Source: Utricularia gibba (taxonomy: Eukaryota > Plantae > Magnoliophyta). From it: a stretch of 64,000 nt of DNA. Below, one piece after another: positions 24,558 to 36,598 of this stretch. Within the stretch, counting starts at the first letter, position 1; the number at the start of each line of letters is the position of its first letter. The stretch lies in NCBI GenBank assembly GCA_002189035.1, contig NEEC01000014.1, positions 2,976,001-3,040,000 on the forward strand. Reading direction: 5' to 3'. A program made the position numbers and the translations under genes. The notes beneath the pieces are model-generated. The model was not told the DNA's origin and made no database searches. It was given only the letters and a program-made list of their open reading frames with translations.

Positions 24558-26055
24558 TGTTAGTGTATGTGTTCTAGAGAAAATCAATTCATTGGCAAAT
24601 CTTATCCTTTGATGTTTACCTTGAATTGTGATCAAGTTTATATCATTGATAAAATCCTCTACTTGATCTATGGCTATAGAAATTTTGATGAGATCATAAT
24701 GTGAGATTCTTCAAGCATTTATGTTCAAGTTAAAAACTCTCTGGCTAGAGTGTTTGTGAAATGAGGATATCACAAATACGGATAATCTAGCACAGATTGA
24801 GTTCCCTAAACTGTTTAGGCAATGGTTCTCACAATTGATGTAATGAGATTACTAGAACCTATGTATGGGTGTCGATTAGAGAATCAATTCACTTGATGAC
24901 TCATCTTCGAGATGCTACTATGGGAAGCTCACCAAGTGTCAGTAGCAAGATCTCGGATATGACAGCCGTGCAAGTAAGCTTAGACTTGAGGTCAACAAAG
25001 TTATCTTGATCTTAAGCTCACATTTTCGCTCATTATTAATGGGAGCCTAACCATGGCATGCCTAGTATGGATGAGTAGGGATGTAACTCTTTAAGGTTGG
25101 AGATAGTTGATTGATCAATAAAAGATTCATCACTCATGTTAGCGATGAGATCATATCTCAAGTAATTGCATCAAAGCCTAACAGTAAGTCCTAGGCCCAG
25201 GGTAATGCACTCGAATTGTTTGAGTAGGTCATTGAGTGTTAGTGCTTGAATGCAATTATAATTTCCATAAATCAGAAAGACACACACCTATGTTCTGGTA
25301 CCGAATGAGATATAAGTATGATGAAAGCTGTTCATTGCATGGTGGCTGGTCATGGAAAGGCTCAATCAGTTCACCTGATTATTCTTACATCTTGAAGATC
25401 ATGATATGTTGCTAGACATCACTCATGATCGATAATGATGGATTTGATTAATTAAGAGTTAATTAATAAATCCATTATTACAGCCTTGATTGAGGAAGCC
25501 TATAGGGTCACACACAATAGTGGAGTCACTCAACGATATAAAATAGAATGACACAATTACATGAGATGTAATTGGTAAAGTGGATAAATTAAATTGAGAG
25601 TTATTTTGAGATTAATATTGATTAAACTCAAAATAAAAGATCATATATAGATAAGATTTGGAACATATACATATCTTCACAAGATAATATCTTTACGGAG
25701 ATATGATTTGATATATTACCATATATCTATCAAAAGATTTAGACCTTAAGATCTGCTCCAAGGGTCTTCGTGCTCTCTGAGACTAATCCACAAGGGGGCG
25801 TTTTTTTCTACTAGCAACTGAGGAATTCGACCAGCATTCAAGAGCCTTGAGAAGGTTATCGACGGAGTGCTCCACGTGTGGATACCATAGAGGTCGTCTC
25901 CTATTGGCGGTTGGTGAATAACGGAGTCATCTGAAAGGTATTTCAGCATCCCTTAGTCTGATGTATACCGTATTCCAAGATCTGCGTTGGGGGTTTCTCA
26001 AAAATTTAAAATTCCGCTGCTTTTGAGACATACGATGTCTACGAGAAACCCAACA
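24558..26055 (+). mobile_element. LTR family B, copy 2
   Basis: TGTTAGTG...AAACCCAACA; near-copy of copies 1 and 3; no TSD (flanks GGTAG / GCATC). Confidence 0.9.
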
Positions 26056-26700
26056 GCATCTTATTGCATTCCTTTGTAACGACTCCTAATCAAGGTCCAT
26101 GAGTAGCAGGCCACTCCTCGCGGATTTTGGTGAAGATCAAGGTGAAGAGCACCAACTCCAACCCTACCAGTTCCAGGGAAGTATCGGATTATTTGTGGCC
26201 TATTTACTGCGATAGTGGGCAGGTTGTGACCTCGAGCCTGCCACTGGCCATTGGCAACAATTGGGCACATGCGCGCAATTCGGTTTTGAAGGCAATCGAA
26301 GGCAATCCTCTTGTCTTCTTATTTATCTAAGTGGGAATCACATGAGGCTATTCACGTTCCTCCTTGTCAATCAGAGTGCAAGGGAAAGTAGGTTATTCCT
26401 TGCTCCTATAACTAGCTTTTCGAAAGAAATCAGTGAAAACCGAGGCAAGGACGGACAAAGGAAGGAGACGGAATCTCATTCCCAGGAATTACGTCTCGTA
26501 GTCAAGACCCATCACTTAGGTTGTAGCTTTTATTTCTGCATTTCACAAACCCCCTTTTACAAAAATTGTGACATTTTGTAGAAGTTTCTTACAAAACACT
26601 TTTTATGAAAAACAATTCCTTGAGATCGATACTTGTACCTCACTCTTTTGTGTTTTACATTTTAAATATTTTAAATTTGTTGAGGAAACAACACGCAACA
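26056..26700 (+). mobile_element. LTR family C, 3' portion
   Basis: Matches the reverse complement of 19651-19990 and 34385-34617; ends CACGCAACA. Confidence 0.8.
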
Positions 26701-29078
26701 CAGATGCTTAACATTCAGCTCAAAATGAATGAATCGAAGGGGTGCCAGTGTGCATGTGAGGGTGTCACTCAAGCATACATGACAGTTTCTTCCTGAAAGG
26801 TGCATTTGAAGATTAAATGAGCAAGAGTAGCATATGCGTACCTCCAAAGAATATTGGTTGCCATCACTATATTTTTCCTTCCCTCTTTTTTTTCATCGTC
26901 TTCCTTATTTTTTTTCTTACAGAGATCGAGACTAGGGAAAGTTTAGAGTTCAACTCAGACAATTGTTACTTTCCCTCTTTGTATGTGAGTGTGGGCAATG
27001 CACTCCCCTCCTTATTCCTACAGGGGACCCTTCTACTCCTTTGAGTTGTCTTCATAACCTCCTTGTGTTCTTTACTCTACCGTCTACACACGCTCTTTCG
27101 TTGTGTGTTGCTTTTCAAGATGTGGGTCTCATCGCTTTTCTAGTGATGATGCTTTTCTGACCCCATTTGTTTTTGCTGTCTACTGATCTTGCCACAACAA
27201 GTCTTCCATGAAAGATCAAGATATGCTATTCTACTTGACAAAAAAATCTTGAATGCACCAATCCAACTACATTGAACATGTTGCTACTTCATGAAAATAA
27301 TCAAGGGAAAACATGCTCACTGGTTCATAAATAGCCATAAAAAAATTCATGCATTTCGTGCATCATGAAAAACATCCCATGCTTGTAAGAAAATTCCTCA
27401 ACCATTCACAAAATTCTCTTAACCATAACATTGCGCTACAAAATTACTCCTAACTTAGACTAATGCCATAAAAATAAAAATAAAAACAAAAATAAGAATA
27501 AAACTAAAGCAATACAGCGATGTTACTTAATTAGGGAGGAGTCCTTCACTCCCTGTTTGAGTTCTTTTACTTCCCGCCTATCATATATCATGTGAATCCT
27601 CTCCTTGCAGCAGCAATCTATCTCATTCCTTCGGGTCGTGGCTGTCTAATCAGAGGTATCTCTTTTTCCCTTCCATGGAGGTGCCTCCTCACAAAGTTGA
27701 AAAGAAATCCACTTCCTCATGCCCGAATTAGTCCAATAGTTTTAAGAAAATGAGCATTAAGAGGGGCTAGTTTCGTTTCTACATGCAAGAATTCCAACTC
27801 AAAAATTTTAACAGAGCATAACCTTTGAGCAAGAAAAGTAATAACATTACTGAACCCAAGATGGTTTATGTTATTCCTCCGATATTTGCTCTACTAAAAT
27901 CGTCCCTAAATTCAAGGGTGTCTTGTGCAACAAGCACCAAATGACAAACAAATCACATTTGTACAGAGAATTAAATCCTAAGGCCCTACCAAAAAGTACA
28001 GCATAAACAAGCAAGTGGACATATCGCATAGCAGGGTCTGTAAATAAATCAGCTTTTGTCCCTTTGGATTTAAATTCTATCACATGTTGATCAGTTAAAA
28101 TTTCATAAACCTCTTCAGCATCAAAATCATCAGGGTAATCAAATATTGAGGTAGCAAATTCATGAGACTCAACATGGTGTTCTATACAAAAACCTAAAGC
28201 CACATTCCATTTAGCAATTGATAACGAGAAATTCTTTCCTAGCAATTTAAATGTGATGGACGGTTCAAATCACATAAGATGGACGGTAGAAGCAAATTCA
28301 TGCATTAATTCAACATAAGATGGACGGTTCAAATCACATAAAGCAAGCAGTGCAAAATCTCTAGAATTGAATGAACTTCTGTAAGTATGCCCAATTCTAC
28401 CAATATTTGGAAATCTATGGCCCGGCAAGGCAGCACCCTTGCCCCTTTTAGCTCATTGTACCTGGCTGTGAATTCTTCTTCATCAAAGTGTAGGTACTTG
28501 AGGTTGAGCATTTCGGCATGTTGCTTGAAGTAGGGGATGCCTTTGCTGGTCATTTTTCGTTGTGATTTCCCTTTTTCTTCCTCTTCAACCCTACCTGAAC
28601 TCAAAAATAGTGGAACAAGAACTTAATTTCTTCAGCCAAAAGATCTTAAACTTCTTCAACCAATCTGTTTTGAAGATTTTCATAAAAAATCTTCAACCTA
28701 TGCCCATTCACAATAAAACCTGTTTTAGTCTCTCCATCATACACCTCCACTGTTCCATTTGCAAAAACTTCCTTCACTACTAATGGTTCAATCCAACGAG
28801 ATTTGAGGTTCCTTGGATGTAACTTCAGCCCAGATTGAAACAGCAAAGTTTTCTGATCAACTTCAAAGGACCTCCTGGAAATATGCTTGTTGTGGTAACT
28901 TTTAGTCCTAGCTTTGAATAACTTTGAGCTTTCATAAGCATCATTCCTCAGCTCTTCCAGTCTAAGAGCTGTAATTTTCTTTGGCTTTCAGTGAGACTTT
29001 CATCAACGTTTAGCCTCTTCACTACCCACTAGGCCTTATGTTCTAATGCAGCTGATAACCTGCAAGGTTTTCCATACT
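26701..29078 (-). mobile_element. Athila family A internal region (integrase C-terminus, env-like ORF, 3' UTR)
   Basis: 26701-27420 aligns with 55593-56325. Integrase motifs YGKPCRL..LEHKA*W and LKSRWIEPLVVKEVFANGTVEV..FIVNGHRLKIF at 28646-29078. Confidence 0.85.
27540..28604 (-). pseudogene. Athila-type env-like / ORF3 remnant
   Basis: YNELKGARVLPCRAIDFQILVELGI; GKNFSLSIAKWNVALG; MRYVHLLV..VLFGR...DLFVIWCLLHKTPLNLGTILVEQI, typical of plant Athila extra ORFs; downstream of integrase. Confidence 0.65.
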
Positions 29079-29079
29079 A

Positions 29080-30540
29080 CTCTTTTCCAAGCATGCTTAA
29101 CTTCCCAGTTCTGATGGTATTCGATACATAAACCATGCGTCGTGCTCCTCGGTTCGTGAAGCATAACTTTCAAACCACTTTCATCCATGTGACGCACAAC
29201 ACATCATTTTGAAACTCTTGGCAAGCCAAACACAAACTGGTGCGTTTGAGGGGTGCACAACGCTCGTACAAGTTTTAAAACTTAGTTGTAACAGTGCGCA
29301 GCATCGCAGCAGCCCGTGGTGAAAAAGACGTAGAAATTGCATATTTCAAATCCTAAGTTGGTGTGAATGAGGCAGCGAAGTACGAGGGGCAGGTAGGCGA
29401 TGAGGATCTGCGAAATTGGTATGCCACATAAGCCCGAGGAATTTTTACTCGACGCTGATGATCACGTCGTAACTTGCACTTTCACAACTGACAGCGTGCT
29501 GCTGGAAACCATATAAATAAATGAATACAACACGAGAACTTTCCAGGGTGTCATCCATCCTAATACTACTCTCACCCAAGCATGCTTAACTTCGTAGTTT
29601 TGATTCTATTGGATGCCTAAATGCCGGTTTTATTGCACTTTAGTGTTGTTGCGCCACAAAGTAACCCATGTGTCATGCTGCTCGGTCCATGAAGCATAAC
29701 TTTCAAACCGTTTTGATCCATGTAATGCACAGCACATCATATTGAAGCTCCTTCCAAGCCCGGTGCAAAATGGTACGTTCGAGGGGCGCACAACGATCGT
29801 AGAATTATAAAATGTAGTTGTAACAGTGCGCACCATTGCAGCAGCCCGTGGTGACAAAGACATTGATATTGTGTATTGCAAATCCTAAGTTGGTGTGAAT
29901 GAGGCAGGGAAGTACGAGGGGCAGGTAGGCGATGAGGATCTGCGAAATTTGTATGCCACATAAGCCCAAGGAATTTTTACTTGACGCTGATGATCACGTC
30001 GTGACTTGCACGTTCACAACTGACAGCGTGCTGCCGGAAACTGTATAAATAAACGAATACAACATGAGAACTTTCAAGGGTGTCATCCATCCTATTACTA
30101 CTCTCGCTCAAGCATACTTAACTTCTTTGTTCTATTGGTATTCGATCCATAATTGCCAGTTTCTTCTCACTTTAGCGGTGTTGCACTACCAAATAACCCA
30201 TAAATCATGCTGGTCGGTCTGTGAAGCATAACTTTCAAATCGCTTTGATCCATGTCATGCACTGCACATCATCCCGAAGCTCCTTGCAAGCCCGATGCAA
30301 AATGGTGCCTTTGAAAGGCCCCCAACGATCGTAGAAATTACAAAATGTAGTTGTGACAGTGCGCACGATCGCAACAACCCGTGGTGACAAAGACGTAGAA
30401 GTTGCGCATTGCAAATCCTAAGTTGGTGTGAATTAGGCAGCGAAGTATTAGGGGGCAGGTTGGCGACGAGGATCTGTGAAATAGGGATGCAACATCTGCC
30501 CGAGGAATTCTTACTCAACGCTGTGAATCCATATTGTGTG
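29080..30540 (+). repeat. Tandem array of about 2.9 copies of a ~490-530 bp unit
   Basis: Units begin CAAGCAT(G/A)CTTAACTTC at ~29086, ~29578 and ~30108. Shared cores include GAAGCATAACTTTCAAA and AAATCCTAAGTTGGTGTGAAT. Confidence 0.9.
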
Positions 30541-31568
30541 CCAACAGACGTTCCTCTCGGCACTGCACCTTCAAGCCCCACCAAACACACCCTACTGCTA
30601 GCTATTCAGAGTCTCCAGGAACAGGTTTCTACGCTTTCCACAAAGCTTGACACTCTCATGGCTTCTGCCTCACACTCCCGCATGCCTCATGACTAAGGTA
30701 CCTTCCGCTGCACTTGATGATGAGGACATCCTCAAAATTAAGTGTGGGGGAGGAGTTTATGTTTCTTTTTATTTTCTAGTATCTTCTGGGCATTAGGACT
30801 TATACGTCAAACTGTGTTGCATTTTTTTTTGTTTTTTGTGCTTCATGTTTTCTTTTTATTTTTGTTTTTATTTATGAAAAATCCCCACTATGCTCCTCAA
30901 GTATATTTGCTTCCATGAATAAGGCTAGAATTTTTAGGATTGATCATGCTTAGGTTCATGAATTCCTTACTGCTAGGAAAATACTTCAATTATTTTTCTT
31001 TCTAAATATCAAACTTTTGTTGCATGATTTAGGAAAGACCATACAATGGCTATGATTACATTTTCATTCCTTGTATATATTATGTTGTGAATAAATTTTT
31101 TCTGTTCCTATAATGATCAGATCGAGACCCAAAAAAATAAATAAATATATAAATAAATATACAAGGGATGCCAAAGTTAAGGATGTTTGGCGAAACCATG
31201 GCTAAAACCACATATAAGGTTTCGTAATCCAAACATTCTTCCCCAAAGTGGGGACCTGTATTTGAAAAAAAAAAAGAAGAAAAGAAAAGAGAAAAAGGTC
31301 TTAAGTCACTATAGTATATATTCTTTGTTGTTTTTACTTTGATGATCTTAGTGTATAAGTAGCCATTAGTTAAGTCTTTATCTGATGCAAGTGAACTTGA
31401 GTGGCTTGCCTTAATTTGATTGAAGGATAGGAAAAGAATTGAAGTAAACGTCTGTTGTAGGAACAATGTGCCTTAGTAATATATCATGACTTAGGTTCTA
31501 CCCTTTTTTTCGTGGACTGCTATGATTTTTATACTTGAGGACAAGCATGATTTAAGTGTGGGAGAATA
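30540..31568 (+). mobile_element. Athila family C 3' internal region with PPT
   Basis: ORF end (..IQSLQEQVSTLSTKLDTLM..*), internal GAGGACA..AAGTGTGGGGGAG motif (~30722-30752), then TTGAGGACAAGC..AAGTGTGGGAGAATA directly before the LTR start at 31569. Confidence 0.7.
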
Positions 31569-34500
31569 TGTTAAGTGTCATTTTCTAGTTATTTATTAGG
31601 TATTATTATATGTTAATTATGTATTAAGACACCCAAATTAGGAGTCTTATTATTAAGTATTTGATTTTTATTAGAAAATTTCTATTTTCCAATTTTGTAT
31701 ATATTTTCTGTCTTTTTTCTCACACTTTGACCGAGACATGTAAGGAGATTGTCATGGAGTGTTGCAGGAGTATTGCAGGTGGTCATATTTTGACTTTTCG
31801 TGCCTTGTACGCGACTTGGAACGATTGTGGGCGGAAGACTGACACTGGTCAAGGCCCCTGACTTAGGACATGTCAGAGTCTGCAGAAATGATTGGGTGCT
31901 AAGTTACACGAAAAGGAAGTGTGGTGGCGCATACAAGACAGAAGGAATGATGGGAAAGGGATCCAAAGGAGTTAATGCACGTGGGAAGTGATATAAAAGC
32001 CACTTGTAGCACTTAGTTTCATGAGTAGCAGGTGTTAGTGTATGTGTTCTAGAGACAATCAGCTCATTGGCAAATCTTATCTTTTGATATTTACTTTCAA
32101 TTGTGATCAAATTTATATCATTGATAAAATCCTCTACTTGATCTATGTGCTATAGAAATTATGATGAGATCATAATCTGAGATCATAATGTGAGATTCTT
32201 CAAACACTCATGATCAAGTTAAAAACTCCCTAGCTAGAGTATTTGTGAAATGAGGATATCACAAATACGGATAAGCTGGCACACATTGAGTTCCCTAAAT
32301 TGTTTCAGCAATGGTTCTCACAATTGATGTAATGAGATTACTAGAACCTATGTGTGGGTGTCGATTAGAGAATCGATTCACTGGATGACTCATCTTCGAG
32401 ATACTACTATGGGAAGCTAACCAAGTGTCAGTAGCAAGATCTCAAATATGACAGTTGTGCAATTAAACTTAGACTTGAGGTCAACAAAGTTATCTTGATC
32501 TTAACCTCACATTTTCGCTCATTACTAATGGGAACCTAACCATGGCTTGCCTAGTATGGATGACTAGGGATGTGACTCCTTAAGGTTGGAGATAGTTGAT
32601 TGATCAATAAAGGAGTCATCACTCATGTTAGCAATGAGATCATATCTTATGTAATTGCATCAAAACCTAACAGTAAGTCCTGGGCCCAGGGTAATGACAC
32701 TCAAATTGTTTGAGTAGATCATTGAGTGTTAGTGCTTGAATGCAATTATAAGTTCGATACATCAGAAAGACACACACCCATGTTCTAATATCGAATGAGA
32801 TATAAGTATGATGAAAGCTGTTCATTGCATGGTTGCTGGTCATGGAAAGGCTCAATCAGTTCACCTGATTTTTCTGTAATCTTGGGGATCATGATATGTT
32901 GCTAGACATCACTCATGATCGATAATGATGGATTTGATTAATTAAGAGTTAATTAATAAATCCATTATTACGGCCTTGATTGAGGAAGCCTATAGGGTCA
33001 CACACAATAGTGGAGTCACTCATCGATATAAAATAGAATGACATAATTACATGAGATGTAATTGGTAAAGTGGATAAATTAAATAGAGAATTATTTTGAG
33101 ATTAATATTGATTAAACTCAAAATAAAAGATCTCATATAGATATGATTTGATATGTCAAAACATATCTATCGAAAAAGATTTAGATCTTGAGATCTGTTC
33201 CAAAAGGTCTTCGTGCTCTCTTAGACTAATTCACAAGGAGGCGTTTTTTTCTACTAGCACCTGAGAAATTCGACCAGCATTCAAGAGCCTTGAGAAGGTT
33301 ATCGACGGAGTGCTCCACGTGTGGATACCATAGAGGCCGTCTGCTATTGGCGGTTGGTGAACAACGGAGTCATCTGAAAGGTACTTTGAACATCCCTATG
33401 TCTGATGTATACCGTATTCCAAGATCTGCGTTGGGGGTTTCTCAAAATTTTTAAAATTCCGCTGCTTTTGAGACATACGATGTCTACGAGAAACCCAACT
33501 ATGGTATCAGAGCGAGGTTGCAGAATACGTGTATACGTTAGAATCTTTTCTGATTTTGCGAGATGTTCTCGTATGTCGCCTTGCTAGTGAAAAGTTAAAA
33601 TCTTTGCTGATTTGCGAGATGTTCTCGTATGTTGCCTTGACGGCGATTATTGTGATAGCATGTGATTGCGAGATGTTCTCGTATGTAGCCTTGCTGGCGA
33701 TCATCATAATAGCATGTGATGCACGAAATCTGATTATGTTGGATTGTTTTGCTGCCCTAGGATGCACGAAATTTTATTGATGATTGATGCTTTCGAGAAT
33801 CATATCTTACGTGTATATGCGCAGCATGATGATGGTTTATATGTGAAAGTCGTGGGGCATGATGGCCTTTGCACGAATTTTGATTATGATGATCATATTG
33901 GTGAATTATCGATGCATATGATGTTTGATAATTTATTTCTGACCAAGGCATCTAGGGTCAATTAGGATTTTCGAGCTTTATGTATGAAAATCCATGGAAA
34001 TGATGCGTTATGAACGAAAGGGCAAGGGTTGTCAAGATGCCTATTTGATAGGATATTGATATCCATACTGCAAGAGTTGCATATGGAAAAATCCCCTATC
34101 AAATAATTAAGCTTATTCCTTCCACTAACATAAGGAGAACGACAGTCATTTTTAGTGCAGAGTTGTTGGCTACCATCAAGCTCTCCACTACACATGACAT
34201 GTTCGAATTATGGAATTAGATTTACGATGGGTTGGCTTAACTGATTTTATCAACTTATTGACTAAATCCAAGGTTGGTAAAATTGGAGGAAAGGTTGAGG
34301 TAAATAGTTTTTACATCAAGATTTGATGGCTCAATGATACAGTGGTTGTATGAGATATACAATTGGCATGAGATGACTACCTGTTTCATTCATTAAAGCC
34401 CAAGAACTACGTCCCCTAGTCAAGGCCCATCACTTAAGTTGTAACTTTTATTTCTGCATATTAAAAACCCCATTTTACAAAACCGTGACATTTTGTAGAA

Positions 34501-34617
34501 GTTTCTTACAAACACTTTTCACGAAAAACAACTCCCTGAGATCGATACTCGTACTACACTTTTTGTGTTTTATGTTTTATAAATATTTAAAATTTGTTGA
34601 GGAAACGACACGCAACA
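31569..34617 (+). mobile_element. LTR family C 3' LTR, split (31569-32032 and ~34385-34617) by a family-B element
   Basis: TGTTAAGTGTCA start, CACGCAACA end. CATGAGTAGCAGG just before the insertion matches 26099-26110. Part of the LTR middle is missing. Confidence 0.75.
32033..34200 (+). mobile_element. Family B element: 5' LTR (32033-33500), tRNA-iMet PBS and an internally deleted leader
   Basis: PBS TGGTATCAGAGC at 33502-33513. Three TTGCGAGATGTTCTCGTATGT direct repeats at ~55 bp spacing (33556-33687). A CKSC-like integrase zinc-finger remnant near 34070. Confidence 0.8.
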
Positions 34618-36510
34618 GTCCACAAACATCTGTATGCACAAGTTCTAATTTCTCCTTCACTACTCAATCACTGGAATATAATGGCTTTCTAAATTGTTTA
34701 CCTTGATGGAAAAATTCACATATGGCATCAGCAAACTTGATGTCTTTCAATTCTAGTACTTCTTTATTCCTCTACAATATTTTCAGATTGTTGAAGCTAT
34801 AGTGTCCATAGCGTTTGTGCCAATAACTGCTTTGATCCTAAAGTGAGAAAATACAACTTGTATGATCGCTGACCGTGATTTGGTAGAGGTTGTAGGTGGT
34901 CAACACAGCATGGAATTCAATCTTCGTTTTTGGATCAGCAACTTTAACTTTAGTGGTTATACCACCAGCATCCTTTATCAATAGAATGTCAAAACCTTGC
35001 CTGCTCAATTGACCAAAGCTCAATAGGTTCTATTTGATGTTTGATGAAAAATAAACATCATCAACTTGAACAATTGCTTCTTTTAGCATGAGTAAAACGC
35101 TTCCTTTGTCCACAATGCCAATATTTTCACCAGTGCACGTGCTTACTTCCTTCCCAATCCTTTCAAGCTGGAGAAATGACTTTTTATCACAACATACATG
35201 ATAGGAGGCACCCGAATCCAAGCACCAACCTTTAGCATCTGTGACTTATGTCATTAGAACACACTCATAATCACATGGATCTTCAAAAGATATTTCTGGC
35301 TCGTCTTCAAAGTAGGTAAAGGATGCATGTGATTTTTCATCTCTCGAAGTAGCCTTCTTGTTATCATTGAATTTAACATTCCACATACCTTGTGAAGGTG
35401 GCCTCTTTGATTGCATTTCGTGCACAAAGCATCAGGCTTCCACCAGCAAAACTCATTCTTGTGATTCTGTTTGTTGCAATGCTTGCAAGCATTTGTGCTT
35501 AAAGTCCAACAATTCTCACTCTTGTGGTTGCATTTATCACAATGGCTAGACTTCTGATTACCCATGGTTGAAGTTGAGATTGATGTTGTTGATTGTTTGA
35601 TGGCTGTAGACTTCACATCCTTGACATTGTTAGGTGTTTGGAGAGCATTTTGGTTTGTATTCAAATTCTGCATTTTGGTGAGGAGAGCAGCTTCACCATA
35701 AGTTTTCTCAAACTCATAACCATCTTTTAGTTCCAATCTCTTTTCTGTAGATTGCAACTCAATCATAAACTCTCTAAATGTTGGCTCTGGTGTAACAGGA
35801 TATTCAGAATACAGTTGATGGAGCTTTCCTTCAATATTGTTAAGGATTTTTTTTTTCTGTCTCAAGTGCACATTACTTTGGCTCGAATCTTGTAGGTAGG
35901 CTCATGATTGCCTTGCTCATCACCTTTTTATCCTCAAGTTTTTCCCCCAATCCTCGAATCTCCTTCACAAGCTTTGCAGTACGTTCATAATAGACTTGTA
36001 TGGTTTCATTGTCTAACATTTTGTTCCTCTCAAGATACTTCAGCTTGTTTTTGCATATTATCTCTCTGAGTTTGACATCACCATCATAATGGGATTTGAG
36101 AGAATCTCATATTTCTTTCGCTGATTGACACTCTGCAATATCATCAAACATATGTTCAGAAATGGCTTGATATAAGGCATCCATTGCTTCATCTTTTTTC
36201 TATTGAAGATACTCAGCTTCCTTTTGTTGTTATGATGTAATAGCCGGTATCTCCCCTTTTCAACAACATCCCAAATCTTTCTTACTCGAAGGTAACTACG
36301 CATCTTTTTAACCCAACTTCCATACTTAGAACCATCTAATATTGGAGGTCCCCTACCATATGCCATCATAGCCACTATTTGACAAGCTTCGAGTTGATAC
36401 TTGGTAAACCACTAAGTGGAAAAGGCATAACGGTAAATAAAATACCGAAACGAACACAGGTTTGAGAACCTTACTGCTCTAATACCATGTTGGTGCAAGA
36501 AAAATAGAGT
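34618..36510 (-). mobile_element. Ty1/Copia 5' fragment (PBS, gag with zinc knuckles, protease, GAG-pre-integrase)
   Basis: PBS TGGTATTAGAGC (minus strand, 36476-36487); PPILDGSKYGSW..KMRSYL..RKIWDVVEKG; CKHCNKQNHKNEFCW..CTKCNQRGHLHKVC; WCLDSGASYHVC; LMSFGQL. Confidence 0.9.
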
Positions 36511-36598
36511 CGTTTTTCATCCAAAGTGATCTCATAAGAATTATCCCTTTGTTCCTTTCTAAAACTCTATTTTTCTTGCATCAACATGGTATCAGAGC
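36476..36598. repeat. 35-bp inverted repeat (2 mismatches, 53-bp spacer) of the Copia LTR-end/PBS junction
   Basis: 36476-36510 is the reverse complement of 36564-36598 (ACTCTATTTTTCTTGCA[C/T]CAACATGGTAT[T/C]AGAGC). Confidence 0.95.

Noticed and set aside
17929-26055. Inversion produced by recombination between inverted LTRs B1 and B2
   Set aside because: B1 retains matching TSDs and continuous host sequence on both sides, so the flanks were not swapped; a one-way copy fits better.
29080-30540. Plant mobile domain (MAIN-like) or other host-gene repeats on the minus strand
   Set aside because: Minus-strand ORFs differ in frame between units and lack convincing motifs; the plus-strand Athila context explains the region better.
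35254-35871. 205-aa novel zinc-finger protein gene
   Set aside because: It is the Gag nucleocapsid region of a Copia element, flanked by gag, protease and PBS motifs.
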